DNA of 56,998 nucleotides from an uncultured Gammaproteobacteria bacterium (GTDB taxonomy: Bacteria; Pseudomonadota; Gammaproteobacteria; Arenicellales; Poriferihabitantaceae), in NCBI GenBank assembly GCA_964403545.1, contig CAYOGN010000153.1, positions 1 to 56,998 on the forward strand, given 5' to 3'. Position 1 is the first letter of the stretch, and the number at the start of each line of letters is the position of its first letter. The notes beneath the pieces were generated by a model. The model ran no database searches. It worked only from the letters and a program-made list of their open reading frames with translations, and had not been told where the DNA came from. Positions 27,348-37,067 of this stretch are shown piece by piece. Both the position numbers and the translations under genes were made by a program.

Positions 27348-27361
27348 AATGTGTTAAACCT

Positions 27362-27856
27362 CTAGACACTCAGTGCGCGCTTACCCCGGCCAATTCCAGA
27401 GATTCCAGACCGTACTACTTCGATTATTTCCACCTGCTTAAGAGCCTGAATAAATGCATCCACCTTGTCGCCATTTCCGGTCATTTCCAGTGTATATGTA
27501 CTTTCGGTAACATCAATAATACGACCACGGAATATATCAACCAGTCGCTTCACTTCTTCTCTTTGTTCACCGCCCGCAGCGGTGACCTTAACCAGCATCA
27601 ACTCCCGTTCGAGATGCTGACCATCCGTCAGATCAATGAGTTTAACCACGTCAACCAGCTTATTCAGCTGCTTGGTGATTTGCTCAATGATCTTGTCGGT
27701 GCCCCGGGTGACAATAGTCATTCGAGACAAAGATGGATCATCTGTTGGCGCTACGGTTAATGATTCGATGTTGTAGCCTCGCGCAGAAAACAGGCCCGCA
27801 ACCCGGGACAATGCGCCAGATTCGTTTTCCAGCAAAACCGAAATTATTCTTCTCAT
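27362..27856 (-). CDS. ilvH: Acetolactate synthase small (regulatory) subunit
   Basis: MRRIISVLLENESGALSRVAGLFSARGYNIESLTVAPT is an ACT domain typical of IlvH/IlvN. Confidence 0.95.
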   Translation of the reverse strand: MRRIISVLLENESGALSRVAGLFSARGYNIESLTVAPTDDPSLSRMTIVTRGTDKIIEQITKQLNKLVDVVKLIDLTDGQHLERELMLVKVTAAGGEQREEVKRLVDIFRGRIIDVTESTYTLEMTGNGDKVDAFIQALKQVEIIEVVRSGISGIGRGKRALSV

Positions 27857-29586
27857 CAGGCCAACTCCCTTTCCAGGATTTCTTCCTGGCCCGGTTGTAA
27901 ATGCATTTCATTATGTCCCTTACCCGCAGCAATCATGGGGTATACATTAATGGTCTGATCGGTAATTACATCAACAAATACCAGTCGGTCTTTCATTGCA
28001 AAGGCTTTATCAAGGGTTGCATCCAGATCTGCTGGATTCTCCACACGCATTCCGACATGACCATAGCTTTCGGTTAATCTGACGAAATCCGGCAAGGCGT
28101 CCATATAGGAATGGGAGTACCTGCGGTCATAGAAAAACTCCTGCCACTGCCGCACCATGCCCATATACTGGTTGTTCAGATTGATAATCTTGATTGGCAG
28201 GCCATATTGCAAGCACGTTGACAGTTCCTGAATACACATCTGGATACTGGCATCTCCGGTAATGCAGATAACGGTTTTGTCGGGAAAGGCCAATTGAACC
28301 CCCATGGCCGCCGGCAATCCAAACCCCATGGTTCCAAGACCTCCTGAATTTATCCAGCGACGAGGAGCTTCAAATGTATAGTACTGGGCGGCCCACATCT
28401 GGTGTTGGCCAACATCCGAGGTTACATAAGCCTCACCATTGGTAATCTTCAACAGACGCTGAACCACGGCCTGAGGCACAATAGCATTGTCCTGTTTCTC
28501 GTATGCAAGCGAGTCCAGTGATTTCCATCTGTTCACCTGTCGCCACCATTGTTCTACCGACTCCCGGTTTATTTCAGCCAGTCGCCCCTCCAGTTGTTCC
28601 AACATTTGTTCGAGGACAACTGCGCAATCACCAACGATGGGCACTTCCACTGGCACATTCTTGCCAATGGATGACGGATCGATATCAATCTGCACAATAC
28701 GGGCATTGGGGGCAAACTTGGCTAACTCCCCGGTGACCCGATCGTCGAATCGCGCGCCTACAGCCAACATCACATCACAGCCGTGCATTGCCATATTGGC
28801 TTCATAGGTACCATGCATTCCCAGCATCCCTAGGAAATTGGGATTTGACGCAGGTAGCGCACCCAATCCCATCAAAGTACTGGTACAAGGATAGGCAAGC
28901 ATATCAACCAGTTTGCCAAGCGGTCCATCAGCATTTCCCAATATCACACCGCCGCCAGTATAGATCACCGGTCGATCAGCGTTTAATAACAGATTAACAC
29001 CCCGGGAAATCTGTTTACTGTGTCCCTTCTTCCTTGGTTGATAGGAACGCATGTTCACTGTATCCGGATAGGAATATGTCGTTGTTTGGGCAGTAATATC
29101 TTTGGGAATATCCACCACAACCGGACCCGGACGCCCCGTAGAAGCGATCACAAAGGCTTTTTTGATAGTTTCAGCCAGTTTGTTGACGTCACTGACCAAA
29201 AAATTATGTTTGACGCAAGGCCTGGTAATACCGACCGTATCAACTTCCTGAAAAGCATCGTCACCAATTAAATGGGTGGCGACCTGAGCGGTCAGCACCA
29301 CCATTGGAATTGAATCCATGTGGGCGGTGGCGATCCCGGTTACGGTGTTGGTAACGCCCGGTCCGGAAGTCACCAATACCACCCCCGGTTGGCCGGTCGC
29401 TCTGGCATAGCCATCCGCAGCGTGGGTAGCACCCTGCTCATGTCTCACCAGAATATGCTTGACCTTATCCTGCTTATATAATGCATCATAAATGTGGAGC
29501 GCTGCCCCACCCGGATAGCCAAAAATAAACTCGATACCTTCGTCCTGCAAACAACGGACCAGAATATCAGCACCTGTTAACTGCAC
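27856..29586 (-). CDS. ilvI: Acetolactate synthase large (catalytic) subunit
   Basis: ThDP enzyme: LTGADILVRCLQDEGIEFIFGYPGGA and GLGTMGFGLPAAMG. Start placed at the GTG (29586), 6 nt after GAGG. The longer TTG-initiated ORF (to 29631) would read through a terminator hairpin. Confidence 0.93.
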   Translation of the reverse strand: MQLTGADILVRCLQDEGIEFIFGYPGGAALHIYDALYKQDKVKHILVRHEQGATHAADGYARATGQPGVVLVTSGPGVTNTVTGIATAHMDSIPMVVLTAQVATHLIGDDAFQEVDTVGITRPCVKHNFLVSDVNKLAETIKKAFVIASTGRPGPVVVDIPKDITAQTTTYSYPDTVNMRSYQPRKKGHSKQISRGVNLLLNADRPVIYTGGGVILGNADGPLGKLVDMLAYPCTSTLMGLGALPASNPNFLGMLGMHGTYEANMAMHGCDVMLAVGARFDDRVTGELAKFAPNARIVQIDIDPSSIGKNVPVEVPIVGDCAVVLEQMLEQLEGRLAEINRESVEQWWRQVNRWKSLDSLAYEKQDNAIVPQAVVQRLLKITNGEAYVTSDVGQHQMWAAQYYTFEAPRRWINSGGLGTMGFGLPAAMGVQLAFPDKTVICITGDASIQMCIQELSTCLQYGLPIKIINLNNQYMGMVRQWQEFFYDRRYSHSYMDALPDFVRLTESYGHVGMRVENPADLDATLDKAFAMKDRLVFVDVITDQTINVYPMIAAGKGHNEMHLQPGQEEILERELA

Positions 29587-29600
29587 TGCGCACCTCAAAT

Positions 29601-29628
29601 AAAAAAGTCCGTCAACGGGTACGGACTT
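29601..29628 (-). terminator. Rho-independent terminator-like hairpin between ffh and ilvI (ffh terminator and/or ilvIH attenuator)
   Basis: Minus strand AAGUCCGU-ACCCGUUG-ACGGACUU followed by UUUUAUUU. It sits immediately 5' of the ilvI GAGG. Confidence 0.7.
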
Positions 29629-29739
29629 CAAGCAAAATTGAATGTTGGAGTATATCCATTTATTTCGATAGTTTCCAAGGATTTACGACGCCAATTCACG
29701 ATATGAACGGCATCCATATTAGTCAATGGCCAGGAACAT

Positions 29740-31104
29740 TCAAAAAGGCATGCCCGGCATACCACCCTGCCCTTTCATTTGCTGCATCAACCCACGCATA
29801 CCTCCTTTCTTTTTCATTCGTTTCATCATTTTCTGCATCTGCATAAATTGTTTTAACAGCCGGTTAACATCCTGCACCAGGGTTCCTGATCCCGCCGCAA
29901 TTCGTTTTTTGCGAGCACCTCGTAACACCGCCGGGAAGCGGCGTTCGTGGGGCGTCATTGAATTGATGATTGCTATCGTCTGCCCCGTCTGTTTGTCACC
30001 AACCTGGTCCAGCGCTTTTTGTGGCACATTGCCCATGCCGGGCAATTTGTCCATCATGCTCGCCATTCCTCCCATATTTTGCATTTGAATCATTTGTTCA
30101 CGAAAATCCTCAAGATCAAAACTCTTGCCTTTTGACAGCTTTTTGGCAAGATTTTCTGCCTTGGTTCGATCGATTTTGCGTTCGACCTCTTCCACCAGGG
30201 ACAACATGTCTCCCATTCCCAGAATACGCGAGGCAACCCGGTCGGGGTGGAACGGTTCCAGCGCATCCATCGATTCTCCTACACCCAGAAACTTTATCGG
30301 TTTACCGGTTATCTGGCGAATGGACAATGCAGCGCCACCACGAGCATCACCATCAGTCTTGGTCAGAATCACCCCGGTAAGGGGCAAAGACTGATCGAAT
30401 GCACGCGCACTGATAGCGGCATCCTGCCCGGTCATACTATCCACCACAAACAGTGTCTCTATGGGGTTAATTGCACCGTGGATCTGCTTGATCTCATCCA
30501 TCAGGTCCTGATCAATATGTAGTCTTCCCGCAGTATCTACAATAACAACGTCGCGACTGGTAATACGTCCGTGTTCAACGGCGTTACGTGCGATGGTTAC
30601 CGGATCCTGCCCGCTGTCACTGGGGAAAAATTCTGCTCCCACAGCACCTGCCACCGACTCCAGTTGCCTGATTGCTGCCGGCCTGTATATATCTGCGCTG
30701 GTTACCAGCACATTCTTTTTCTCGCGGGTTTTAAGCAAGTGGGCGAGTTTTCCCACTGTAGTGGTCTTGCCCGCTCCCTGCAGTCCTGCTACCAGAATGA
30801 CTGCCGGCGGCCGGGTGGCCAGATTGAGTGCACTATTGGCAGCGCCCATCAACTCTACCAGTTCATCCTGCACAACCTTGATCACCGCCTGACCCGGCGT
30901 CAGGCTTCCGAGAACTTCCTGCCCTTCCGCACGCTGTTTTACCGCGGCGACAAAATCTCTGGTTACCTCCAGCGCTACATCAGCTTCCAGCAATGCGATC
31001 CGTACTTCACGCATGGCGTCCGAAATATTGGCCTCAGATAACCGGCCCTTGCCACTGAGATTCTTGAATGTTGCTTTTAATTTATCGCTTAGTTGTTCAA
31101 ACAT
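29740..31104 (-). CDS. ffh: Signal recognition particle protein Ffh
   Basis: MFEQLSDKL..., GLQGAGKTTT, DTAGRL, and a Met-rich M domain with C-terminal GGMPGMPF. Confidence 0.97.
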   Translation of the reverse strand: MFEQLSDKLKATFKNLSGKGRLSEANISDAMREVRIALLEADVALEVTRDFVAAVKQRAEGQEVLGSLTPGQAVIKVVQDELVELMGAANSALNLATRPPAVILVAGLQGAGKTTTVGKLAHLLKTREKKNVLVTSADIYRPAAIRQLESVAGAVGAEFFPSDSGQDPVTIARNAVEHGRITSRDVVIVDTAGRLHIDQDLMDEIKQIHGAINPIETLFVVDSMTGQDAAISARAFDQSLPLTGVILTKTDGDARGGAALSIRQITGKPIKFLGVGESMDALEPFHPDRVASRILGMGDMLSLVEEVERKIDRTKAENLAKKLSKGKSFDLEDFREQMIQMQNMGGMASMMDKLPGMGNVPQKALDQVGDKQTGQTIAIINSMTPHERRFPAVLRGARKKRIAAGSGTLVQDVNRLLKQFMQMQKMMKRMKKKGGMRGLMQQMKGQGGMPGMPF

Positions 31105-31336
31105 GGAGGGCTTTTCGTAAAGTTAAGTTCAGTAGACAGATAACGACGAAGAATCCAGCAAATCCATCACATCAGTTATTGTTAGCACTAAAAGACGGTT
31201 AGCACAAAGACGGACAGTGTATAATTCTTGATCGGGGTCGAATTGTAGCTTAATTCGCAATCAGTACTCTATCCGTGTGATACTCTCATGGATAGAGCAA
31301 CCAACAGTAATGTAATATCTCCAAACCCTGTCTTCA

Positions 31337-32221
31337 ATGTCAATTCTGACGACAATTGATCTGGCTCTGTACGCCATTACGATCCTGATGTTCTGGAAAC
31401 GGATCAAATACTCATCTATAAATTCATCTGCAAGTTCTATTTTGGCGGCAAACCAGGGGGATACGGATTATTCCAGTGATGGAACTTCTGTCGATAACGT
31501 AGTGACACAAAACAGGCACCTGCTCTTCGGGTTGATTTTCGCAGCTACATTTTTCCATGGCATGATACTTTTTCCGGAGGCAATAAGACCACCCAATCTC
31601 AATCTGGCCCTTGGAAACGTGTTTTCTCTGGTCAGCCTGATGACAGTAACTGTATTTATGATTGGATCGCTGGCTCGAAGAATTCTCAATCTCGGCATCC
31701 TGGTAATGCCGGTAGGGATGACAGGAATGGTAACCGGCGTGTTTTTCAGCGGCCAGCCTTTAATAATCAGTAATGTGCCCATGGCCCTGTGGCTACATCT
31801 GGTTATTGCGCTGCTGGCGTTCAGTATTCTGTGCATTGCCGCAGCCCAGGCGCTACTACTTTACGTGCAGGAGATTCAATTGCACCGACCTAATCCCGGC
31901 GCTCTTTTTCCGGCGCTGCCAGCGATCCAGACAATGGAAGCAAATCTGTTTCAGTTAACCTGGATCGGCGCAATTTTACTGACCGTGAACCTGATCACGG
32001 GAATGTTATCTTCGTGGCAGGTACACGGCCAGACACTTACATTTAATCACCATATATTGTTATCATTTATCGCGTGGATGGGGTTTTCCGCGCTGTTACT
32101 GGGGCATAAATTTTATGGCTGGCGCGGCAAAATCGCAGCGAAATGGACCATGATTGCCTTTGGGGTGTTGATTCTGGCCTATTTTGGCAGTCGGTTTGTC
32201 ACTTCGATTATCTTGTCCTGA
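31337..32221 (+). CDS. Cytochrome c assembly (CcsA/YpjD-like) inner membrane protein
   Basis: Multi-TM protein divergent from ffh, as ypjD is in E. coli. The C-terminal W-rich segments are typical of the family. Confidence 0.75.
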   Translation: MSILTTIDLALYAITILMFWKRIKYSSINSSASSILAANQGDTDYSSDGTSVDNVVTQNRHLLFGLIFAATFFHGMILFPEAIRPPNLNLALGNVFSLVSLMTVTVFMIGSLARRILNLGILVMPVGMTGMVTGVFFSGQPLIISNVPMALWLHLVIALLAFSILCIAAAQALLLYVQEIQLHRPNPGALFPALPAIQTMEANLFQLTWIGAILLTVNLITGMLSSWQVHGQTLTFNHHILLSFIAWMGFSALLLGHKFYGWRGKIAAKWTMIAFGVLILAYFGSRFVTSIILS

Positions 32222-32326
32222 GCAATTGACCTTGGAGGCTATTCCAGTTATCTTTCAACATTAGAAATGAGTGGCAGTATATTCGTTAACACGATAATAT
32301 TTAAAGATAATTAGGGGAAAAATTCA

Positions 32327-32968
32327 ATGAAGAAACTCATACCGGCGATCATCATTCTAACCCTGGTTGCTGGCTGCAGCAGTAAGGGAGGTACTACCTC
32401 CAGTGGCGATGGACTGGGCATTCAAACAACAGTGTCCAATTTGTTGCTGTCAGCTACCCTTGCTGTTATCAGCGGTGGATCTGTCAGTGGACCCAGTGTC
32501 GATGCGATCATTGATCTATGTAATGCATCTGCAGTAGCGGAAGACCCTACTACGGAGCCTCAATTTGAATCCGGACTGACTTCTGCATTTGGAACAATGA
32601 CCGTAACATCCAGGGATTTGGTCGATGCCTCGGGGCTGACGCCGGTTGAACTTTTCCCGGAAGGGGTAACCTTCAACAGATATCAGGTTTCATATACTTC
32701 ACCCAATGCGTTTGCACCGAATTTACGCAACCGGGTATTTCAGGAGACGTTTACCCTTTTGAACGGCACAGCGACTGGATCCGTCAGGGTTGTCCTTCTG
32801 GATCTGGATGTGATACTTGCCGAGTTTCAAGCGCAGACTTCTGGCAGTATTGCCAGTTACAATGTAAAGGTTATGTTAATCGGTAACGAATTAAACGGCA
32901 CCCCGGTCAATGTCAGCGCTGAAACCTTTATTGAAGTTGGAAACTTCGATCGCTGCGGTGGCATGTAG
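32327..32968 (+). CDS. Hypothetical lipoprotein
   Basis: Lipobox LVAGCSS, SD AGGGGA upstream. Ser/Thr/Gly-rich, predicted beta-rich. No family recognised. Confidence 0.5.
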   Translation: MKKLIPAIIILTLVAGCSSKGGTTSSGDGLGIQTTVSNLLLSATLAVISGGSVSGPSVDAIIDLCNASAVAEDPTTEPQFESGLTSAFGTMTVTSRDLVDASGLTPVELFPEGVTFNRYQVSYTSPNAFAPNLRNRVFQETFTLLNGTATGSVRVVLLDLDVILAEFQAQTSGSIASYNVKVMLIGNELNGTPVNVSAETFIEVGNFDRCGGM

Positions 32969-32982
32969 ATGATCAGCGCTAC

Positions 32983-33468
32983 TTGAGTAAGGACTGTTCG
33001 ACAATCAGTATCAGGCCAAAGAATTTCTTCCGGGTTAGAAAAGCAGTTTGGATGATGCTGCTTTTTTCCAGCCTCTCGCTGGCGCAACAATCCCCTGGAT
33101 ACAATATCTATCTCACCAATGAGTTAGTCGATAATCGCCCGGCCGCGGAGCCTATGACGCGATTCGATTGCTCTGACCGGATCCACCTGGTACTAACTGC
33201 GGTAGGTTTGTCCCTGGAATCCCATGAGCTGAAAGTCCGCTGGCTTGATCCGCAGGGAAATCAGAAAGAACTGACCCGCTACAAATTTACCGGCATTGCC
33301 ATTACCCAGGTTTGGGCGTGGTTACAATTGCACGGCCCCACTTCAGCAATCGTTGGCCAGATGTTTGATCCATCTTACGGCATGGAGCAGTTTATCGGTG
33401 AATGGGTTGCTGAGGTTTATATTGACGGCAAGCAGGTCGCAAGTCCTGCATTTCGAGTACTCTGTTAA
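32983..33468 (+). CDS. Hypothetical secreted protein
   Basis: Hydrophobic N-terminal segment WMMLLFSSLSLAQQ. The start is ambiguous (TTG 32983 or ATG 33052). No family recognised. Confidence 0.4.
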   Translation: MSKDCSTISIRPKNFFRVRKAVWMMLLFSSLSLAQQSPGYNIYLTNELVDNRPAAEPMTRFDCSDRIHLVLTAVGLSLESHELKVRWLDPQGNQKELTRYKFTGIAITQVWAWLQLHGPTSAIVGQMFDPSYGMEQFIGEWVAEVYIDGKQVASPAFRVLC

Positions 33469-33482
33469 ACGCCCGCTAGAGA

Positions 33483-34181
33483 TTAATTGTAGGTCACCTT
33501 ATTTCGAACATAGGTCGGAGTTAACGCCAGCGGTGAGATTAACGCGTCGAAACCAACGTTTCTGGCCAGTACCGCAATCTGTCTGGCCTCAGGAAACTGG
33601 TGGGGAAGTACTTTAATGTTTACCCCATTGACCGAGCGGGGCAACTGGTCAGCGTATACTTCCCAACCATTTCCAACTGCGCTGAGACCATGTGAATTAC
33701 CGCTGTCTGATTCGAAATTATCGAGGCCTGACAGCTTGCTGAGGATAGTGGCCAACTCTCCCGGATCATTTACCTGAGCCCCGGTTAGCGCCGAACAACC
33801 CGCACCGCAGTCATAAACCCCCCAATACACTTGCTTCATCCGGGCGTCGATCGCTGCCAACACCCTGCCGCTGGTACACGTTGCAGCCATCGCGGCAAGA
33901 GAACTGAACCCGACTACCCGAACATCGCTTGCATAAGCCAGACCCTGGGCAAACCCAACCCCGATACGTAAACCGGTAAATGAACCGGGGCCTGTATCCA
34001 CCGCAATGGCATCCAACTGCCGGAGCTTGATACCATGTTTTTGTAATAACTGATTAACCATCGCGGGAACCAGTTTCGAATGGCCGCTAGGAGCAATCTC
34101 TGCTAGCTGATCAACGTAATCACCGACGGTGAGGGCGACAGAACAGCTTTCGGTTGCCGTATCGATGGCCAGAATTTTCAC
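33483..34181 (-). CDS. tsaB: tRNA threonylcarbamoyladenosine biosynthesis protein TsaB
   Basis: KILAIDTATESCSVAL...GPGSFTGLRIGVGFAQGLA. GTG start chosen 17 nt downstream of the helicase stop. Confidence 0.85.
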   Translation of the reverse strand: MKILAIDTATESCSVALTVGDYVDQLAEIAPSGHSKLVPAMVNQLLQKHGIKLRQLDAIAVDTGPGSFTGLRIGVGFAQGLAYASDVRVVGFSSLAAMAATCTSGRVLAAIDARMKQVYWGVYDCGAGCSALTGAQVNDPGELATILSKLSGLDNFESDSGNSHGLSAVGNGWEVYADQLPRSVNGVNIKVLPHQFPEARQIAVLARNVGFDALISPLALTPTYVRNKVTYN

Positions 34182-34197
34182 CTTGTGGTCCAACACA

Positions 34198-36177
34198 CTA
34201 TGATTGATGGGTTGGGCCGCTGGATAGCGCCTTGAAAAAACATTGCACATCGTGTATTTGTCGACTCACAGGGAGTGGTGGCAAACTACGAAGAAAAATT
34301 TGTCCATAACGCTTTGTGGTGATCCTCGGGTCACAAATTACCAGAACCCCTTTATCTGTTTCAGATCGGATCAACCGGCCAGCACCCTGTTTTAATGCAA
34401 TGACGGCGGATGGGAGTTGGATATCCATAAACGGGTTGCCCCCCTGTTCCTCACAGGCCTGAAGGCGACTCTTCAATACCGGGTCTCCCGGAGAGGCAAA
34501 AGGTAGTTTGTCGATAATTACGCAGGACAGCGATTCGCCTTTGACATCTACCCCTTCCCAGAAACTGGAAGTACCAAAAAGCACTGAATTTTCGGTACGC
34601 TGGAAGCGATCCATTAACTCACTTCTTGGTGCATCTCCCTGCAACAATAGTGGCCATTTGCACACGGATCTTATCGTTTTGTGCACCTTATTCATCATGG
34701 CATAGCTGGTAAATAAACAGAAAGCCCTTCCCCGACTGGCCTTGATGGTTTCCAGAATTACTTCGGTCAACCGATCTGCGTATTCACGTTGCCGTGGATC
34801 TGGCATATCGGGTGGCAGATATAACAAGGTATTCGTGGAAAAATCATAGGGGCTGTCCCAACGTTTTTGCTCGCATTGCTCAAGACCCAGATATCCACAG
34901 AAGGCGGAAAAATCATCACCGATAGCCAGTGTTGCGGAAGTAAATATCCAGGCATTGGCCCGCGACAGTAATTCGGAAAACCGATGACTGACCCGAAGCG
35001 GTGTGCCATGCAATCGAAAATGGCGTCGCCCGGCACTTAACCATCTAATCAGGTTGTGGTCTCGCCCATCGATCCATAAATCCAGCCGATCCTGTATCTG
35101 CAGGCACCGCTGGTAGCACTTCTCTAACCCTTCACCTGCAGGTGCAGCGATTTCCAGTTGCCCGAGAAGTGCATCCAGTCGAATTTGTAGCTGTTCAAGG
35201 GCCTGTCGAAACAGCGGTTGATCGACAGCAGCAAAGTCTACCGACTGATCTTCAAAATCCCTCAGGCCATGCTTGAGGTTTTCCACTGCACCATCGAGCA
35301 GCACCAGGACCGGAGCAAAATTGGCTCCACTTTTGTACTCTGCCTCTGCTGTTGTAACGTCATGACATATCTCTTGTAATTGATAGCTGGATACAGAAAA
35401 TCCGAAGAAAGTGGCAGCGATTTCGCCAAGGGTATGGGCTTCATCGAAAACTACCGCTTCGTAGCGAGGAAGCAATTCCCCGAAACCATCCTCTTTCAAA
35501 GTCAGGTCGGAGAAAAAGAGATGGTGATTGACCACTACAATATCTGCCTCCATGGCGTTTAATCGCGCCCGGGTAACAAAGCATTTTTTAAAATCCGGGC
35601 ATTTGTTACCAAGGCAGTTATCAGTGGTAGAGGTAACTTCTTTCCATATCGGCGCCTGCTCAGGAATTTCGCTGACCTCAGCAATGTCGCCACTGACGGT
35701 TCTCACCGCCCAGCGCTCAATAATCGAGAAAGATAGCTTCGATCCGCTCCCTGCGAGGTCACTTTGACCACTATTCTGCCTGAGTCGGTAGCGACAAAGA
35801 TAGTTAGAGCGGCCTTTCAGCATTTCTGCTTTGACCGGCTTGCCCAGAATTTTACTGACCGTGGGCAGATCACGGTGAAATATCTGATCCTGCAGATGCC
35901 GCGTTCCTGTGGAAACAATAGTTCTGTTTCCACTAAGGAGAATAGGGACGAGATAGGCAAACGTCTTGCCGGTTCCGGTTCCGGATTCAGCGATCAGCTT
36001 GCCGCCATGGGTCAGCGTATCTGCCACCGATAGCGCCATTTCCTGTTGCGATTGGCGGGGCACAAATCCAGCCAGGCAGGCATTGAATGCGCCCCCGGAA
36101 GAAAGTTCATGGGCAGCGCGACTGGAAGACCGGTTTACTGAAGTTTTATCCATGTGATAATCCTTTGAAATTATCAC
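34198..36177 (-). CDS. ATP-dependent DNA helicase, DinG/YoaA family (XPD-like Fe-S helicase)
   Basis: Walker A ESGTGTGKT, DEAH box (VFDEAHTL), Cys cluster CLGNKCPDFKKC, C-terminal QGAGRLIR. Alternative start ATG 36153 has an AAGGA SD. Confidence 0.85.
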   Translation of the reverse strand: MIISKDYHMDKTSVNRSSSRAAHELSSGGAFNACLAGFVPRQSQQEMALSVADTLTHGGKLIAESGTGTGKTFAYLVPILLSGNRTIVSTGTRHLQDQIFHRDLPTVSKILGKPVKAEMLKGRSNYLCRYRLRQNSGQSDLAGSGSKLSFSIIERWAVRTVSGDIAEVSEIPEQAPIWKEVTSTTDNCLGNKCPDFKKCFVTRARLNAMEADIVVVNHHLFFSDLTLKEDGFGELLPRYEAVVFDEAHTLGEIAATFFGFSVSSYQLQEICHDVTTAEAEYKSGANFAPVLVLLDGAVENLKHGLRDFEDQSVDFAAVDQPLFRQALEQLQIRLDALLGQLEIAAPAGEGLEKCYQRCLQIQDRLDLWIDGRDHNLIRWLSAGRRHFRLHGTPLRVSHRFSELLSRANAWIFTSATLAIGDDFSAFCGYLGLEQCEQKRWDSPYDFSTNTLLYLPPDMPDPRQREYADRLTEVILETIKASRGRAFCLFTSYAMMNKVHKTIRSVCKWPLLLQGDAPRSELMDRFQRTENSVLFGTSSFWEGVDVKGESLSCVIIDKLPFASPGDPVLKSRLQACEEQGGNPFMDIQLPSAVIALKQGAGRLIRSETDKGVLVICDPRITTKRYGQIFLRSLPPLPVSRQIHDVQCFFKALSSGPTHQS

Positions 36178-37067
36178 ATATGCAGGCTATTGGTATTGCC
36201 AAGGAAACCGTTGAGTGCGTGCTCCCAGTGGGGCAGTTGTATATCAAAGTTCTGCTTCAGTTTCTGATTGGACAAAACAGAATAATCCGGCCGTGGCGCT
36301 GCAGTCGAATATTGAGACCCGGGAATTGGATTGATCCTGACCCCGTTATTTCCAGACAATTGCATAATTGCCTTCGCCAAACCGGACCAGTTGGTAGTAC
36401 CGCCCCCTGTTGCATGATAAATACCATACCTGCGCAGATCCCCGACCGTTTGTATCTGGTCAATCATATGAATGGTGGCCGTTGCCAGATCATCTGCCAG
36501 TGTCGGGCTCCCGAACTGATCATTCACCACATCGATCACATCCCGATCTGCTGCCAACCGTAACATCGTATTGACGAAATTTTTACCCGTTTTTGCATAC
36601 ACCCAGGCGGTGCGCAGGATCAAAAATTTGTTTAGTGCAGACATTACTCCGTGCTCACCTTCAAGCTTGGTGATACCGTAAATGCTCTCAGGATTGGGAA
36701 TGTCAGTTTCCAGATATGGCACCGACGCTTTTCCATCAAACACATAGTCGGTTGAGTAATGCACCATAGAAGCATCAATATCCTGACACGCCCTGCCAAT
36801 AACGGCTGGCGCCACCGCATTCAACTGTCTGGCAAGGGATTGCTCGGATTCGGCGAGATCCACCGCAGTATGTGCAGAAGTATTGATAACCCATGCAGGC
36901 TTATGATCCATTATCAATTCTCTTGTGGCCTTGTCGTCGGTAAGATCCACATCCTCAATATCGGTTGCGATCACCTCATATTCTTCTCTGGATTCCAATT
37001 GGGTCACAAGCTGGTTGCCAACCTGCCCATGCTTGCCGAATATCAACAGCCTGCAACAGGCCATCAT
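36174..37067 (-). CDS. rfbD: dTDP-4-dehydrorhamnose reductase
   Basis: LIFGKHGQVG..., YSTDYVFDG, and a C-terminus typical of RmlD. 4-nt overlaps with both neighbours. Confidence 0.9.
   Translation of the reverse strand: MMACCRLLIFGKHGQVGNQLVTQLESREEYEVIATDIEDVDLTDDKATRELIMDHKPAWVINTSAHTAVDLAESEQSLARQLNAVAPAVIGRACQDIDASMVHYSTDYVFDGKASVPYLETDIPNPESIYGITKLEGEHGVMSALNKFLILRTAWVYAKTGKNFVNTMLRLAADRDVIDVVNDQFGSPTLADDLATATIHMIDQIQTVGDLRRYGIYHATGGGTTNWSGLAKAIMQLSGNNGVRINPIPGSQYSTAAPRPDYSVLSNQKLKQNFDIQLPHWEHALNGFLGNTNSLHM

Noticed and set aside
29587-29631. TTG-initiated N-terminal extension of ilvI (ORF track start 29631).
   Set aside because: The extension is encoded by the terminator hairpin and U tract. 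A GTG with a GAGG SD at the correct spacing lies at 29586 and matches the conserved AHAS N-terminus.
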